Assembly: GCF_006345805.1 (NCBI RefSeq)
Contig: NW_021833261.1
Coordinates: 14,258-78,257 of the forward strand
DNA: 64,000 nucleotides
DNA from: Octopus sinensis
Lineage: Eukaryota
Direction: 5' to 3'
Part shown: in pieces, positions 26,977 to 40,040 of the stretch
Layout: every line of letters starts with the position of its first letter
Numbering within the stretch: position 1 is the stretch's first letter
Translations under genes and position numbers: made by a program
Notes under the pieces: generated by a model
Told to the model about the DNA's origin: nothing
What the model saw: the letters and a program-made list of their open reading frames with translations, nothing else
Database searches by the model: none

Positions 26977-29900
26977 ATTGTCATTTACTTTTAATCTGCA
27001 TGTTTGATGCAATCACCTGCCGGGGCACACCCAGCGCCCTAGGGCAAGTGAAGGTTAAGAGTTGTTGAAATATAGCTGAAAGCTTGGGGAGGGGAAGTAG
27101 AGAAATATCTCCATGTAATACAAACACAAACATTTACATTGATAGGGTTTTTCTAAGGATGTGGGCAGTACTTGTTAGCACAATCTTTTGGATTTCCTTG
27201 AGACATGGTTTTCCAGGGATATTGTCTAGGTGTTTCTGACATCCCTTTTTTATCATACCTAGAGCACCTACAATAACAGGAACAGTTTTTGTTTTAAGAT
27301 TCCACATCCTCTGTATTTCGATTTCCAGGTCCTTATATTTACTAAGTTTGTCAAATTCCTTGACAGATACATTTTTATCAGTGGGGACGCTTACTTCTAT
27401 TAGTCTGCAGGTATTTTCTTCCCTGTCTTTAACAATTATGTCTGGTCGATTAGCCTTGATCGTTCTGTCAGTGTTGACTGGAAAATCCCAGAGGATGGTG
27501 ACATCTTTACCTTCAACAACTGGCTGAGGGTGGTGTTCATACCAGTTAGCAGGAGTGTCGGATTTGTAGTGTTTACATATCTTCCAATGTATATACTGTC
27601 CTACCCTATCGTGGCGATTTTTGTATTCGTTTGGTGTCAGCACAGGACATCCCGAAACGAGATGGTCTATTGTTTCGTCAAATGTGTCACAGAATCTGCA
27701 TTTAGGGTCAGTACCGTTTCGGAGAACGTTAGCCTGGTAATTTCTGGTAAACAAGCTTTGATCTTGTGCTGCCATTATGAAGCCTTCAGTCTCTGCTTTC
27801 AATCCAGAACTCTTCAGCCACTGATGGGTTGTTGCTTGGTCTACATCAGCATTTTGGCTTCGGAGAATGTATTGTCCATGCAGAGGCTTCTGGCTCCACC
27901 GCCTCTCAATTTGATTCTGCCCGTTCTTTTTTGCAGTCTGCCTGATTCGCTTTGCTTGCTTGGTAGCAGTGGTTTCTGGCTCTTCACCTGATTCAAGGTT
28001 AATACCTAGTTCCCTTTCGAACTTATAAGCTTCCTTGACAATAGAATGCAGCTTTTTGCTGCTTTCGTGTTCACACACAAGTCGCAGCATCCAGTCTTTT
28101 GTACTAGATAGGTACCTGTTCATTCCTACAGTAGAGGTCTTATAGCACAGCTCTAATTGCATCATTCCTCTCCCCCCGCTGCTTCTAGGTAGGTACAAGC
28201 GGTCTACATCTGCCTTAGGGTGGTGCATGCTCCTGGATGTCAGTAACTTTCTTGTCTTCCTGTCCAAGCGTTGGAGTTCCGTAAGGTTCCAGTTAATGAT
28301 GTTAAAACTGTACTGGACTACTGGAAGTGCCAGGGTGTTAATGGCCTCAATGCAATTTTTGGAGTTGAGTTCAGTCTTCAGTACAAGCCTTATTCTCCTA
28401 TAGTACTCCTTTCTTATTTTTTCCTTCATAGTAGCATGATGTATACCATCTCCTTCGTTGATTCCTAGGTATTTGTAACTTTCTTGTGGGTCAAGTTCCT
28501 TGATGGTAGTGTCAATATCTAATTTAACAGAAGCTGTTTGCCTGAGCTTGCCTCTTACAAAAGTTGCTTTAGCACACTTATCAAGGCCAAAATCCATTCC
28601 GATATCATTGCTAAACTCTTTAACAGTTGTTAGCAGCCCTTCTAGCTCTTGGTCATTCTTGGCAAACAGCTTTAGATCGTCCATATAAAAAAGGTGGTTT
28701 ATTAACTTGCTAAAAACTTTGTACCCATATCTGGCACTATCCAATTCGTTTGAGAGTGGGATCAGTGCCATGCAAAAAAGTAATGGAGAGAGGGAGTCAC
28801 CTTGAAAGATGCCTCGTTTGATGTTGATGCTGTTGGACTGGCTCATCCCATTACTATGGCTTAGAAAGAGACGTGTGTTCCACATGGTCATGCTATTCTC
28901 TAAGAATTTGAGACGACAGGGGAGATCTTGTATATCTCAAGGGCCTTGAGTATCCATTTATGTGGGACACTGTCATACGCTTTCCTGTAGTCTATCCATG
29001 CCATACTCAGGTTTTTGTTTTTGCTCCGGCAATTCTCTACAATCATTCTGTTTATGAGCAATTGGTCTTTGCACCCATAAGAGTTTCTTTTACAACCTTT
29101 TTGAGCTTGTGGAAGGATAGAATTTTGTTCAAGGAAAGCGTACATTCTCTCCGTTATTATGGATGTGAGGATTTTGTAGGTGGTGTTGAGACATGTTATT
29201 GGCCGGTAATTCTTTGGGTTTTTTGTGTCTTCGGTTTTAGGTAATAGGTAGGTGGTTCCTTCAGTCAGCCAAGCAGGTATTTGCTCTGGGTTCTGAATGA
29301 CATCAGACAGAGATGCAGCGAGATGTTCGTGTACCTCTGTCAAACAATTCAGCCAGAAGTTAGGGATCCGATCCAGTCCTGGGGTTTTCCATTTGTGAGC
29401 CTTCCTAAGGACACACCTTAGCTCCTCTATTCCTATTGCTTCCCATTTCTGTTCTTCAAGTTCATCCAGTCTCTCTTTCTCACGTTCTATCCAGTCAGCC
29501 TCAGCATTAAACTCTTTTTCGTTGCTCCATACCTTCTTCCAGAACTCCTCCACTTCCTCAATCTTAGGTGGATCTTCTATGTGTATTTTATTTTTGCCAA
29601 TTTCCCTATAAAATGTCTTTGCATCTGTCTTAAAAAATTTATTTTGTCGATAAATTTGTTTCTTTGTCATACCTTCTAAGCCGTTGAGCTTTCAACTGTA
29701 TCCGTTGTTTCAACAGTTCCTTAGTTGCAGGGAGGTTTATGAGATCTTTGATTTTATATTTTTGCTTGATTTTTCTAGCTTTTCTCGGCTTAATATTCAC
29801 TCCTCTAGCAAGCTCATCGAGAACTGAAACATCCGCCCGCAGAGATTCAATCTCTTTTTGTATCGCTACTTTCCACTTAGGAGGTTCATTGACATGCCTG

Positions 29901-30748
29901 GCCTTTTTCTTTGTCATCTTAATACCTAGTTGGGTAGTTACTACTTTAGCAGTGGAATAAATGAGATTATTTAAGGTTGTCAAATCATTCCCCTTATTTC
30001 TTAAGATCTGTCCTAGGGCAACGTTATATGTCATGATTGTGTTGTTATTTCTTGTGCCATTTGAAAACTTTGGTAGTGGTTCTCTATTAACCATGTCAGT
30101 GAGCTCAATCTTGCCGAGTTCTCTCTTAATGTCCACTTTTGCTTCCATAATCTTTTCTCTATTATTCACCTCAAATTCTATGTCATATCTATTTTGGTTT
30201 TCTTGAGGAAGGTCTACGTTCTCCTCTTTTTTCAAATCTCTCGTCTTCGCTATTCTTTGTTTAACTTCCCCATTGGGAAGTTGATTTGCCGCTTGTACAC
30301 TGGCTTCTGTGCTACTGTTACCTATTTCGTCTACATTGTTGCTGTTTTCTTTTGGTCTACCATGAGCTATTAGTGTCCTAATTTTGTCAATTTCAGCGTC
30401 AGTTAGTCTTTTGTTTTTAATTATATCTCTGCGTACATTACTTAATTTATTTGCGTCTATATATCTACGTACGTCATCGCCTACTGAATTTCTCCATGAG
30501 ATGTATGTTTGTACACTGAGGTTATTGTTTGGGTTTAGTTGGGCTGTATAAAAAGCTTTCAACACATCTCTATAGTCCTCTCTGGTCCATTTTATACGTT
30601 TTGCTTTAGGTGGTGTTTTTGGTGGTGTCACTACAAGTCCAGAGTTAGAAGTATTCTGGTTCTGGTCACCTGGTAGATCGTCTTTTTGAGAGTTTGTTCC
30701 AGCAGCAAACTTTTCGACCCCAGTCTGGTTCCCTACTGGGTAACGCGG
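26977..30748 (-). mobile_element. Near-intact R4/Dong-clade RLE non-LTR retrotransposon flanked by (AAT)n
   Basis: Three consecutive ORF pieces (30631-29639, 29670-28900, 28891-27134) with RT (GIFQGDSLSP, YMDDLKL), CCHC knuckle, RHD and PDII..IEV endonuclease motifs. Confidence 0.95.
27134..28891 (-). CDS. RT C-terminal half, zinc knuckle and RLE endonuclease of the near-intact LINE
   Basis: 585-aa ORF with all of these motifs; becomes contiguous with the upstream ORFs after indel correction. Confidence 0.9.
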   Translation of the reverse strand: MTMWNTRLFLSHSNGMSQSNSINIKRGIFQGDSLSPLLFCMALIPLSNELDSARYGYKVFSKLINHLFYMDDLKLFAKNDQELEGLLTTVKEFSNDIGMDFGLDKCAKATFVRGKLRQTASVKLDIDTTIKELDPQESYKYLGINEGDGIHHATMKEKIRKEYYRRIRLVLKTELNSKNCIEAINTLALPVVQYSFNIINWNLTELQRLDRKTRKLLTSRSMHHPKADVDRLYLPRSSGGRGMMQLELCYKTSTVGMNRYLSSTKDWMLRLVCEHESSKKLHSIVKEAYKFERELGINLESGEEPETTATKQAKRIRQTAKKNGQNQIERRWSQKPLHGQYILRSQNADVDQATTHQWLKSSGLKAETEGFIMAAQDQSLFTRNYQANVLRNGTDPKCRFCDTFDETIDHLVSGCPVLTPNEYKNRHDRVGQYIHWKICKHYKSDTPANWYEHHPQPVVEGKDVTILWDFPVNTDRTIKANRPDIIVKDREENTCRLIEVSVPTDKNVSVKEFDKLSKYKDLEIEIQRMWNLKTKTVPVIVGALGMIKKGCQKHLDNIPGKPCLKEIQKIVLTSTAHILRKTLSM

Positions 30749-30769
30749 TTATTATTATTATTATTATTA

Positions 30770-30840
<71 letters not shown>

Positions 30841-33415
30841 CATTTTTCTCTTTCTTCAAATTTTCTTCCGTTTCTCGCCGAGTGTTTTCCGTACACCTTG
30901 GGCAGAGAAGCTCATTGTATGCATTCCCAGATTACACACGCAAATTCACAGGTAAAATATATATTTAAAAAATTAATAAATAAATAAATTCATGAATAGA
31001 TGTTGTTTTCACAGCGATAATGCCCTTCTCGGTACATGAGCCGTTCCAGTTAACACGATTTTTTGCACTTCATGTAGGAATGGTAAGCCTGGTATCATTT
31101 TCAAATAGGTTTCAGTACCTTTTTTTATCATTCCTAGAGATCCTACAATCTGGTACTGTAGTCGCCTTGAGATGCCACATTTTTTCAATTTCTATTAGCA
31201 AGTCTTTATATTTACTGATCTTGTCAGATTCTTTCGCCGCTATATTGTGATCGCAAGGAATACTCATATCAATTAATAAACACGCCTTTTTCGTCTAATC
31301 TTTTATAATAATATCCGGTTTATTAGCTTATATATATTATATATATTAGCTTAGCTTATATATTCTGCACCCTGAGATTAGGTGGTCTATTGTTTCAATC
31401 TTATCGTTACAGAATCGGCATTTTGGGTCAGCTCCATTTTTCATCACATTGGCTTGGTAGTTCCGGGTTAATAAGCTTTGGTCTTGAGCAGCTAATACGA
31501 AACCTTCACTCTCTGCTTTTAGCCCTGAGCTTCGTAACCATTGATGCGTATGTTTCTGGTCGACATCAGCTTGTTTGTTACAGGTCACATACTTGCCATG
31601 CAGAGGTTTCTGTTCCCATCTGCTAGCTAATTTTTCATGTGCTTTTGTCTTTGCAAGTAATTTTATTTTCTTTGCAGCAGCAGTTGGCGCATTTCCTTCA
31701 GCCTGATCAATCTTGTAGGTATCTAAGAGATCAGTAGCGAATTTTTTGCTCTCTTTGAAAATAGAGTGATGTTTTTTCGGTCTTTCATGTTTTCCAACAA
31801 GTTTTAGCATCCAATCGTTGGTTGCTTCATGGTATTTGACCAGTCCGATTGTGGTGGCTTTGTACGTAAGTTCAAGCTGGTTCAAATCTCGACCTTCCTG
31901 AGCTCTGGGAAGGTAAAGGCGATCCACGTCTGCCTTTGGATGGTGCATCTTATTACAAGTCAGTAGCTTGCGGATTTTTCTGTCAATTTTCATTATTTCA
32001 CTGGTATTCCAGTTTAGCACATTGAAGCTATAAAGAACAACTGGTACTGCAAAGGGATTTATAGCTTACACCTTATTATATGCATTCAGCTCAGACTTCA
32101 GGAATGCTCGAACTCTTCTAAAACATTCCTTCCTAACCTTCTCTTTCATGCTTGCATGCTGGATACTAGAGCCTTCATTTATTCCTAGGTATTTATAGGT
32201 TTGTTCCTGCTCAAGTTCCTTTATTACTGTTTCGACATCTAATTCGATTGAACTTAACTTTATCAATTTCCCTTTCTTAAAAGTGGCTTTGGCACACTTT
32301 TCAATGCCGAACTCCATCCCAATATCATCACTGAATCCTTTCACGGTATGTAGTAGTCCTTCAAGCTCTTCATCATCTTTGCCATATAGATTTAAATCAT
32401 CCATATAAAAATAATTGGCTTATTTTCTTGTTGTCAATTTTGTAGCCATATCCTATTCTATTCAGTTCACTTGAGAGTGGTATTAGTGCTATGCAGAAAA
32501 TTAGTGGCGAAATGAGTCATCTTGGAAAATGCCACAGTTTATGCTAATGTTGTTTGAGCGCAATACTCCATTAGAATGATATAATTGAAGCTTTGTGTTC
32601 CATAGTTCCATAGGTCGGCGATTGAGATGTCTTCCTATATCCGTTCTTGTAGATTTTTGTAGGCATCTTGGGTGCGTTTGATCCACTCTGCATTTTCATT
32701 GCATGGTTTCTCATCACTCCAGATCCCTTTCCAAAAGTTTTCAACTTCTTCTATTAGGGGTGGATTTTCAATGGTTACTTTTTCGTTCCTTAATTCCCTG
32801 TAAAATGATTTGACATTGGATTTTAACATTATATTTTGCTTGTAGTATTTGATTCTTTTCTCAAATCTGCGTATTCTCTGAGCTTTTGCTTGAACTTTTT
32901 GTTTAAGTGTTTCTTTCGCTGACCTTCTCTTGTTGAGTGTCCATATTTTCTCAAAATCTTCCTGCCTTTTCTTGATCTTACATCATTTCCAAAGATTATC
33001 TCAGTTAATATTGATATCTCCCTTCGCAATGATTCAATTTCAGTTTCAATTCTACTCCTCCTGTTTGATTTTCTTTTCCAATTTGGTATTGTTGGCTTTT
33101 GGGGTGTTAAACAGAGTCTTTCGATTACCTTAGCAACAGTGTAAATAATTTCATTTAACTTATTATTAAGCTTGGGTTTATTTGTTGTATGATTTCTTGT
33201 GTAACGCAGTTGCCAATTTTTATCTGTGTTTTATGTTGGTGTGCATTTGAGAGTTTATGAAGTGGTTCTCTATCATTCATATTTGTATGCCCTATAACTG
33301 CAAGCTCATTCAGAATTTCCTGCTTCATTTCAGTGATAGATACGCTGCTTCTTACTGCAAATTCCCTTCCAAAATTTCTTTGTTTGTTAGGTGATGCAAC
33401 AGAAGGGATTCAGCA
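30841..33415 (-). mobile_element. Internally deleted R4/Dong-like LINE (same family as 41770-44575)
   Basis: RT and RLE pieces; 3' UTR ends in (AAT)n at 30840; about 540 bp missing near 32610 relative to the 41770 copy. Confidence 0.88.
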
Positions 33416-33839
33416 TGGAAGATTTAATCCACGCACACACAGCATACACACACATACCGCACACACACACGCACACACACACACACACACATAGCTCTCA
33501 CATATACACATGCATTGTTTGCGGCTGATGCACCAGCAAGCACAAGAACTCGAGAATCCGCTGAAGCCACAAACTTCCAGTCCAACAGGAAGTTAGAAGG
33601 AAATCTCACGTGCCATTAATGGTAACCAGTGTGACATATTTTCTTCCTCTTATCGAAAGTCCTGCAATCTTTCATGGTTGTTAATTCTTCTCATTTGATT
33701 AAGTTTTAAAAAAGAAAATTAACATAGACATAATAACACAATCTACACGCTCTCTCACCCCTCCACCCCCTTCTTTAAATAAAAATCATGAAAATGAATC
33801 CTCTGGGTTTTTTTCTCTGATATACATTGCATGCAATGC

Positions 33840-34065
33840 ATTGGTTTCAAACTTTGGCACAAGGCCAGCAATTTCAGGGGTGGTGTTAACAGATTACATC
33901 GGCCTCAGTATCCAACTGCTACCTGGTTTATCGGCCCCGAATGGATGAAAGACAAAGTCGACCTCGACGGTATTTGAACTCGGAACGTAAAGACGGTCGA
34001 AATGCTGCTAAGCATTTCGTCCGGCATGCTAACGATTCGGTCAGTCCGCCGCTTTAGCATTGCAG
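33840..34065 (-). mobile_element. tRNA-derived SINE
   Basis: Similar to 460-685; B box on the minus strand. Confidence 0.75.
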
Positions 34066-35606
34066 ATAACATATTAAAATTAATTCCGATCTATTCTACA
34101 GGCTTCTCTGAACTGTTCCAGAAAAAAAATCATTTTTCCTACTCCAATGCGGACTAATTATATTTGTAAGACATATACACCGGACTCCTTACCAAGAATC
34201 GAAACCTCGATCTTCACGCTTGTTTATATTGTTCTCGCCGTTTATGTTTAGAATTCATTCGTTTTACCTATTTAAATCGCCACCATTTTAGATGAGACAG
34301 GGTTTAATCTTGTTAACCCAATCCGGTCTATTGTCAATGGTCTAACTTGACTTTAGTACTGCAATAAATTCGAGATACCAAGAGAAAAATATTCTCTTTC
34401 CTCTGCAACTTCCAAACAGTTAACTATGACACCTTCTCGGGAGCTTCGCCCCATTTATCCCCCTCAAGTTAGGGATCACTATTAACAACTGCCATGGTAA
34501 TAGATTATCCATCAAAACTAACTAAATTTTGTGTTTACTTCCCACTCGTCGCAGTTGCAGAACCGCGTAAGTAAAATCTACAGCAGTTCTTTGCAGTGCA
34601 TCCAGAAATATTATCTAAGCAATGCACAGTCTTTCGCCAACTTGTCACATCTCTACGTGTTACAAGCAACTTGCTACATCGTGCCTGTTACGCCTTTCCC
34701 GTTACAATTATACCGTTATACATACAAAGACATGTTTGAAGTACATTTCGAAAGAAGCTAGAATCTTTATAAACGTCAGTCCCTTCATACCTGGGGCCTT
34801 GAGTTATTACTAGAAATAAAGGATAGTAAATAAAACTCAACATATATTAAAGAAGTAATGATTTCTTATATAAAATTGTCTTATATATAAATAGGGAAGT
34901 CGATTGCATTAAAGAGATTAGGATTTCTTGATTAATATTAAAGAAATCACGAAAGATATTAAGACCATCAGAAGAATAAGAAACTATTTTGATTCCATTT
35001 CAGAACTTTGGAATGATTTCAAACAGTCAAATACACTGGACAAGATTAACTCTGTGGGATGTGGTATAAGAGTTTTCGACTCTTATTATTTCGTTGACAG
35101 TAAGACCTATTTTTGCTTATTTTTTTGTGTGCTTTTTTTTTCTTTTTCTTGTTTCTCATCTTTAATTCATTGATCTTCTGTCTCCAGTTCTTGTCGAAAA
35201 AATAAGAGAAATTAATGTCGCTCTCTTCTTCATCGCATTATTTCTTCTACTTACAGTCCTAATTCTTAGTTAAATATATTAGCAGTAAATTTATAATTCC
35301 TCTCCCCGAGATACCCAGCCACATGCCACTTCTCCTTCTCCCGTCATACATGCTATTACACCAACCAGATCACATCCTGCATCAATTATTATCCCCAATC
35401 TTTCATTTCTAGATTATACAACATTCAGGATCTCACTCCATACTCGCACTACTCTAAAGATGTCCAAACGGAACATTAATAAAATCGATCTATCGAATCA
35501 ATAGACCATATCCATTCGTTTCCCTTGTACCTTCCAACGAAGTGAAACAGATTCATTTATGTTGTTATATTTCTTGTGTTTTCTCTTGCTTTTTTTTCTA
35601 CTGCAG

Positions 35607-35803
35607 AAAAAGATATTAAGGATTTGACAACTTATTCAACATTTTCCTTCAAACAAAATCCATATCACAACCTTATTACCAAGGCCCAAATGGATGCTCA
35701 CTCGGTTCTGGATTGTTCACGTTTATGTATGATATCTTCTACATGTACCGCCTTTTCATATACTGACACTAAGTGTTTACTAAAGAAACTTGTTGACCTT
35801 TAA
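35607..35803 (+). CDS. PAN-protein gene A, terminal exon 5 (PAN/Apple-like domain 3)
   Basis: ttttttctactgcag acceptor, phase 1; CSRLCMISSTCTAFSYTDTKCLL; TAA at 35801. Confidence 0.7.
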
Positions 35804-35911
35804 TGGAATTCACCCCAAAATTATTTACTTCTCAATGAAATGTGAGCAAGACTTCAACGGATCACGTTTGCTAATAATAATTATATAAGATAAAATGTGT
35901 ATTTCTTCATA

Positions 35912-35917
35912 AATAAA
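35912..35917 (+). promoter_or_regulatory. Candidate polyadenylation signal of gene A
   Basis: AATAAA about 110 nt after the stop, followed by T-rich sequence; weak evidence in AT-rich DNA. Confidence 0.4.
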
Positions 35918-37079
35918 ATCAATTTAATTCAGTTATTTCTTTTGTTAATTTATTTTTATTGCTAACGTTTTTCCTTTTTAGTCTTCTCTTAGAAATCCAT
36001 TCACACTTTGGATGATTTATAAGATTATTAAATTTACCCGAGTACCAATAGAACACTTGGGTATTATTTTATCAACCTTCAAAGAAAGAAACAAAAAATT
36101 AACAATAATAAGCAATAATAATCTCATGGCTTCTGATCGTAACTGACTGGAAGTGTCATCTTGTACATTGTTTTGTCCAGGTATAAAAAGATGGGCTACA
36201 GCAAATATTCTGCTCAATATCACAGATTTGCTTGTCGGTTGTTTGATCTTAAACAGTTGAGCATGTCATTTAATGGCTGACAATATGGGCACCTCTTGAA
36301 AGATGTGTGTTTTATTCATCATTCTTAAACAAACCTTATTCAGGGACCTTTTATATCTGCTTCCGTTGTTTTGTTTTATTGATTATGCGGTAATCCACCC
36401 CCACCCCACTGGCCTTATCCTTGTCCTCATCCCCATCATCATCACCATCATCATCACCACCACCACCATAATCACCATCATCATCTTCGTACCTGTGTGA
36501 ATCACCATCGTCTTCATAGTAGTTAGGATACTGCTGCAGCTGTTCCTACTACTATAACTACCACTACAACTAATGATGATGATGATGATGATGATGACGA
36601 TGATGATGATGATGATGATGAGGCCCTCCTCCCCACCAATGACGCAATACAAATATCCTTCAGACCAATATAAAACAGACGGCGATGTCGAGAAAATATA
36701 TTTTTACAATTTCCTCTCAGGCACTCGACACTCAACGGTTCGCTCTGCAGTTTCAAGACTTTCAACGTTTCAAAATGCTCAAACTATTTCGCAGGTTGTC
36801 CACAATTTTTGGTAAGCTGAATATTCTTACATTTCTCTCCACACATTTCCAGTTTTCTTTTAAAATCAAACTCAATGGCAGTTTTAATGTGTTCCATAAT
36901 AATATTTAGTGATTGTGTATAAATACGATGTTTTCTCTATAAAATGATTCTGTAGAAAACTAGCGCTACACGAAGAAATTTCACAATCATTTCCAAAATG
37001 ATAAAATTGTTGGAATCCTGTAAGAAAACCGCAAAAATAAGGAATTTCTTTGGAAATTATTTCTTCTTTTTATCATTTA

Positions 37080-37270
37080 CTTGTTTCATTCATTAAAGTG
37101 TGGCCATGCTGGGGCACCACCTTAGAGAGCTTTAGTCGAATGAATCGGCCCCAGTTCTTATTGTTTTATAAGCCTGGTACTTATTGTATCGGTTCCTTAC
37201 TGTCGGACTGCTATGTTACAGGGATATAAATATGCCAATACTGCTTGTCACATAACGATGAGGGATAAAC
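37080..37270 (-). mobile_element. 3' part of the SINE family seen at 39016-39480
   Basis: Reverse strand resembles GGTG.CCCAGCATGGC..CAGT..AATGA.TGAAACAAGTAAA. Confidence 0.6.
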
Positions 37271-37284
37271 AGACACACGCACAC

Positions 37285-37359
<75 letters not shown>

Positions 37360-37413
37360 TGTGTGTGTGTGTGTGTGTATATATATGTGTGTGTGTGTGT
37401 GTGTGCATGTATG

Positions 37414-37444
<31 letters not shown>

Positions 37445-38217
37445 TTGTTTTGCAAGGTTCTTGATGTGAATTCGTTTGTTGAAACAGATGTTGTATTTGG
37501 GGATGTCATATTGTCAGTTTAGCCAATGAAAATACGTGCACTATATATTTGGTGCTCGCTTACTTCAGCTTTATTTCATATTAATCGTATTTCGGCCAGA
37601 GTTCTTTCGTCACACTTCTGTCACCTCATCAGTGATCCTTTGCTTTCTTCTTTTCTTTTTTGTGTCTCTCCTTCCTAACGATCTGCTATTTTGTATTCCT
37701 GTTGTATGTGTCTTTATTTGCGCATGTGTATATCCCTGTGTGTGTGTCTATGTTTTGTAAGTGTGTGTATGGTAACTGCATTATTCATTATCAGTATCCC
37801 CTGTTTATTCACGTTCGTTTAATTAAATTTTATTTTACTTTATTCATTTGTTTTTATCAGTTCGAGGGATTTCATGAAATCGATTTTATGCATTGAAATT
37901 TCTTTTTTCTACAAAAAATGTTATGTATGTTTGTTCCTTAAACTTGAGTGTGATAGTATAGATCTATACATTTTTATGAATATGGTTCTATAAGGAGACT
38001 TATGATATATGTTACCGGCGTCGCTGAGGTAAGGAAAAACATTATAAACGACACCACTAATTGACACGTTATTAATTAGCGTAATAGCAGCATAGCCTTC
38101 AAAAAACATGGATTACATGCAAAATATGTGAGCAAGAGAAATAATATTCTTAATTTAAATTCAAAATACATTGAAAGTCAACAATGTTTGGTTTAGAAGC
38201 GATGAGAGGAACTGAAA

Positions 38218-38778
38218 GATACGGAAATAATTTTATTCTCAAACGCAGGTTAATGCTAATAACATAGCACGAATAGGATAAACTATCCATATTTCTTTAG
38301 AAAAATCTGTCGTTGGCCAGCCATGAGACTCGAACTCACATCCCTGCGATTACCATTAAGTTAAACTGCCCAGCGACGAATTATTTTGCAATTTTAGGAT
38401 GTATAAATCTAGCTTTAAAAGACGCTATCGTACGTATTATACAAAATAAGTTGAAAGTCAAGAAACAGAATATGGCTAATTTCTCCAGTTCATGCTATAT
38501 TATTAGCATCACCATGCGTTTGAGAATAAGATTATTTCTTCATCTGTATGATAGCGTCTTATAAAGCTAGAAGTAAATATCCGAAAATTGGAGAAGAACT
38601 TGTCGCTCGGCAGTTTAGCTTAATGGTAAAGCCCTTACCGCGTAGTCATAGGTATGTAAGTTCGAGTCTCATGGCTGGTCGCCAACAGATTTTTCTACAA
38701 AATATGGATAGTTTATCCTACTAATGCTATGTTGTTAGCATTATCCTACGTTTGAGAATACAATTATTTCTTTATCTC
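38218..38778. repeat. Long imperfect inverted repeat with a tRNA-like A/B-box sequence in each arm
   Basis: 38218-38429 is the reverse complement of 38550-38778; partial third copy at 38492-38546. Confidence 0.8.
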
Positions 38779-39015
38779 TATTTTTCAATATCCTTAAGAT
38801 TATAAACTTGAAAAATTACAGGACAAGTTATTACACTTGGAAAAGTTCAAGACAACTTATTATATATGGTAAAATGCATAAAAAAATTACTTAAAATATT
38901 GCAGCTAAGGATAAAATGTGAATATTAAAATTTATTTGATTTTGATAAAAAAAAAGGTACTATCATTTTGTTAAAATATTGATACACATGAATACAGAGA
39001 AACAGAAGTCCCAAT

Positions 39016-39195
39016 AGGCGCAGGAGTGGCTGTGTGGTAAGTAGCTAGCTTACGAATCACATGGTTCCGGGTTCAGTCCCACTGCGTGGCATCTTGGGCA
39101 AGTGTCTTCTGCTATAGCCCCGGGCCGACCAATGCCTTGTGAGTGGATTTGGTAGACGGAAACTGAAAGAAGCCTGTCGTATATATGTATATATA

Positions 39196-39241
<46 letters not shown>

Positions 39242-39480
39242 TATATATATATGTACGTGTGTGTGTGTTTTTGTGTCTGTGTTTGTCCTCCTAGCATTGC
39301 TTGACAACCGATGCTGGTGTGTTTACGTCCCCGTCACTTAGCGATTCGGCAAAATATACCGATAGAATAAGTACTGGGCTTACAAAGAATAAGTCCCGGG
39401 GTCGATTTGCTCGACTAAAGGCAGTGCTCCAGCATGGCTGCAGTCAAAATGACTGAAACAAGTAAAAGAGTAAAAGAGAG
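39016..39480 (+). mobile_element. tRNA-derived SINE with internal (TA)n/(TG)n
   Basis: GGCGCAGGAGTGGCTGTGTGGTAAG head, GGTTCAGTCCC B box, GAAACAAGTAAAAGAG tail. Confidence 0.85.
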
Positions 39481-39991
39481 AGTATATAACTAAAGCTTTA
39501 TACAAAATAAAATAGTATACATGGTAGGCAAATTCCTCATGTGAAAAATAGGCATCAAGACTAAAAATGGGAAGACTTGGCAATAACTCAGGCAATAACT
39601 CCAGCAAATTTTACTGTGGATTTGTAGTTATAGGTAGATTTTACAGCAATATATAACTAATTTTGTATTGTTCTATTTATTGTACTAATTATATTCTACT
39701 ATTTTCAACATTCTAATTATTAATTAATAATTTAAAAAATGAATATGTTTTAAAGTGCAAAAAATATTTTGAGTTATTTTTAATTTTTCATATAAGTAAC
39801 ACGCACACACAAATAGAAGTAATAACCTGTAATGAAATTTTTAGTTTTAATAAAAGCTAATATTTTCTAAATCCAAATATTTTCATGTCTAATAACTTTT
39901 CCTGTAATTTTCCAGGTTTATAATCTTAAGAATATTATTTCTCTTGCTCGCATTTTCAATATAAATATGTATGCATTTATGTTTGTATGTG

Positions 39992-40040
<49 letters not shown>

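Noticed and set aside
30680-30750. Ribozyme at the 5' end of the near-intact LINE
   Set aside because: Two small hairpins are visible, but neither an HDV pseudoknot nor a hammerhead core could be built.
38609-38684. Functional tRNA genes here and at 49354 and 51468
   Set aside because: A and B boxes are present, but acceptor and anticodon stems do not close by eye; treated as tRNA-derived repeats.
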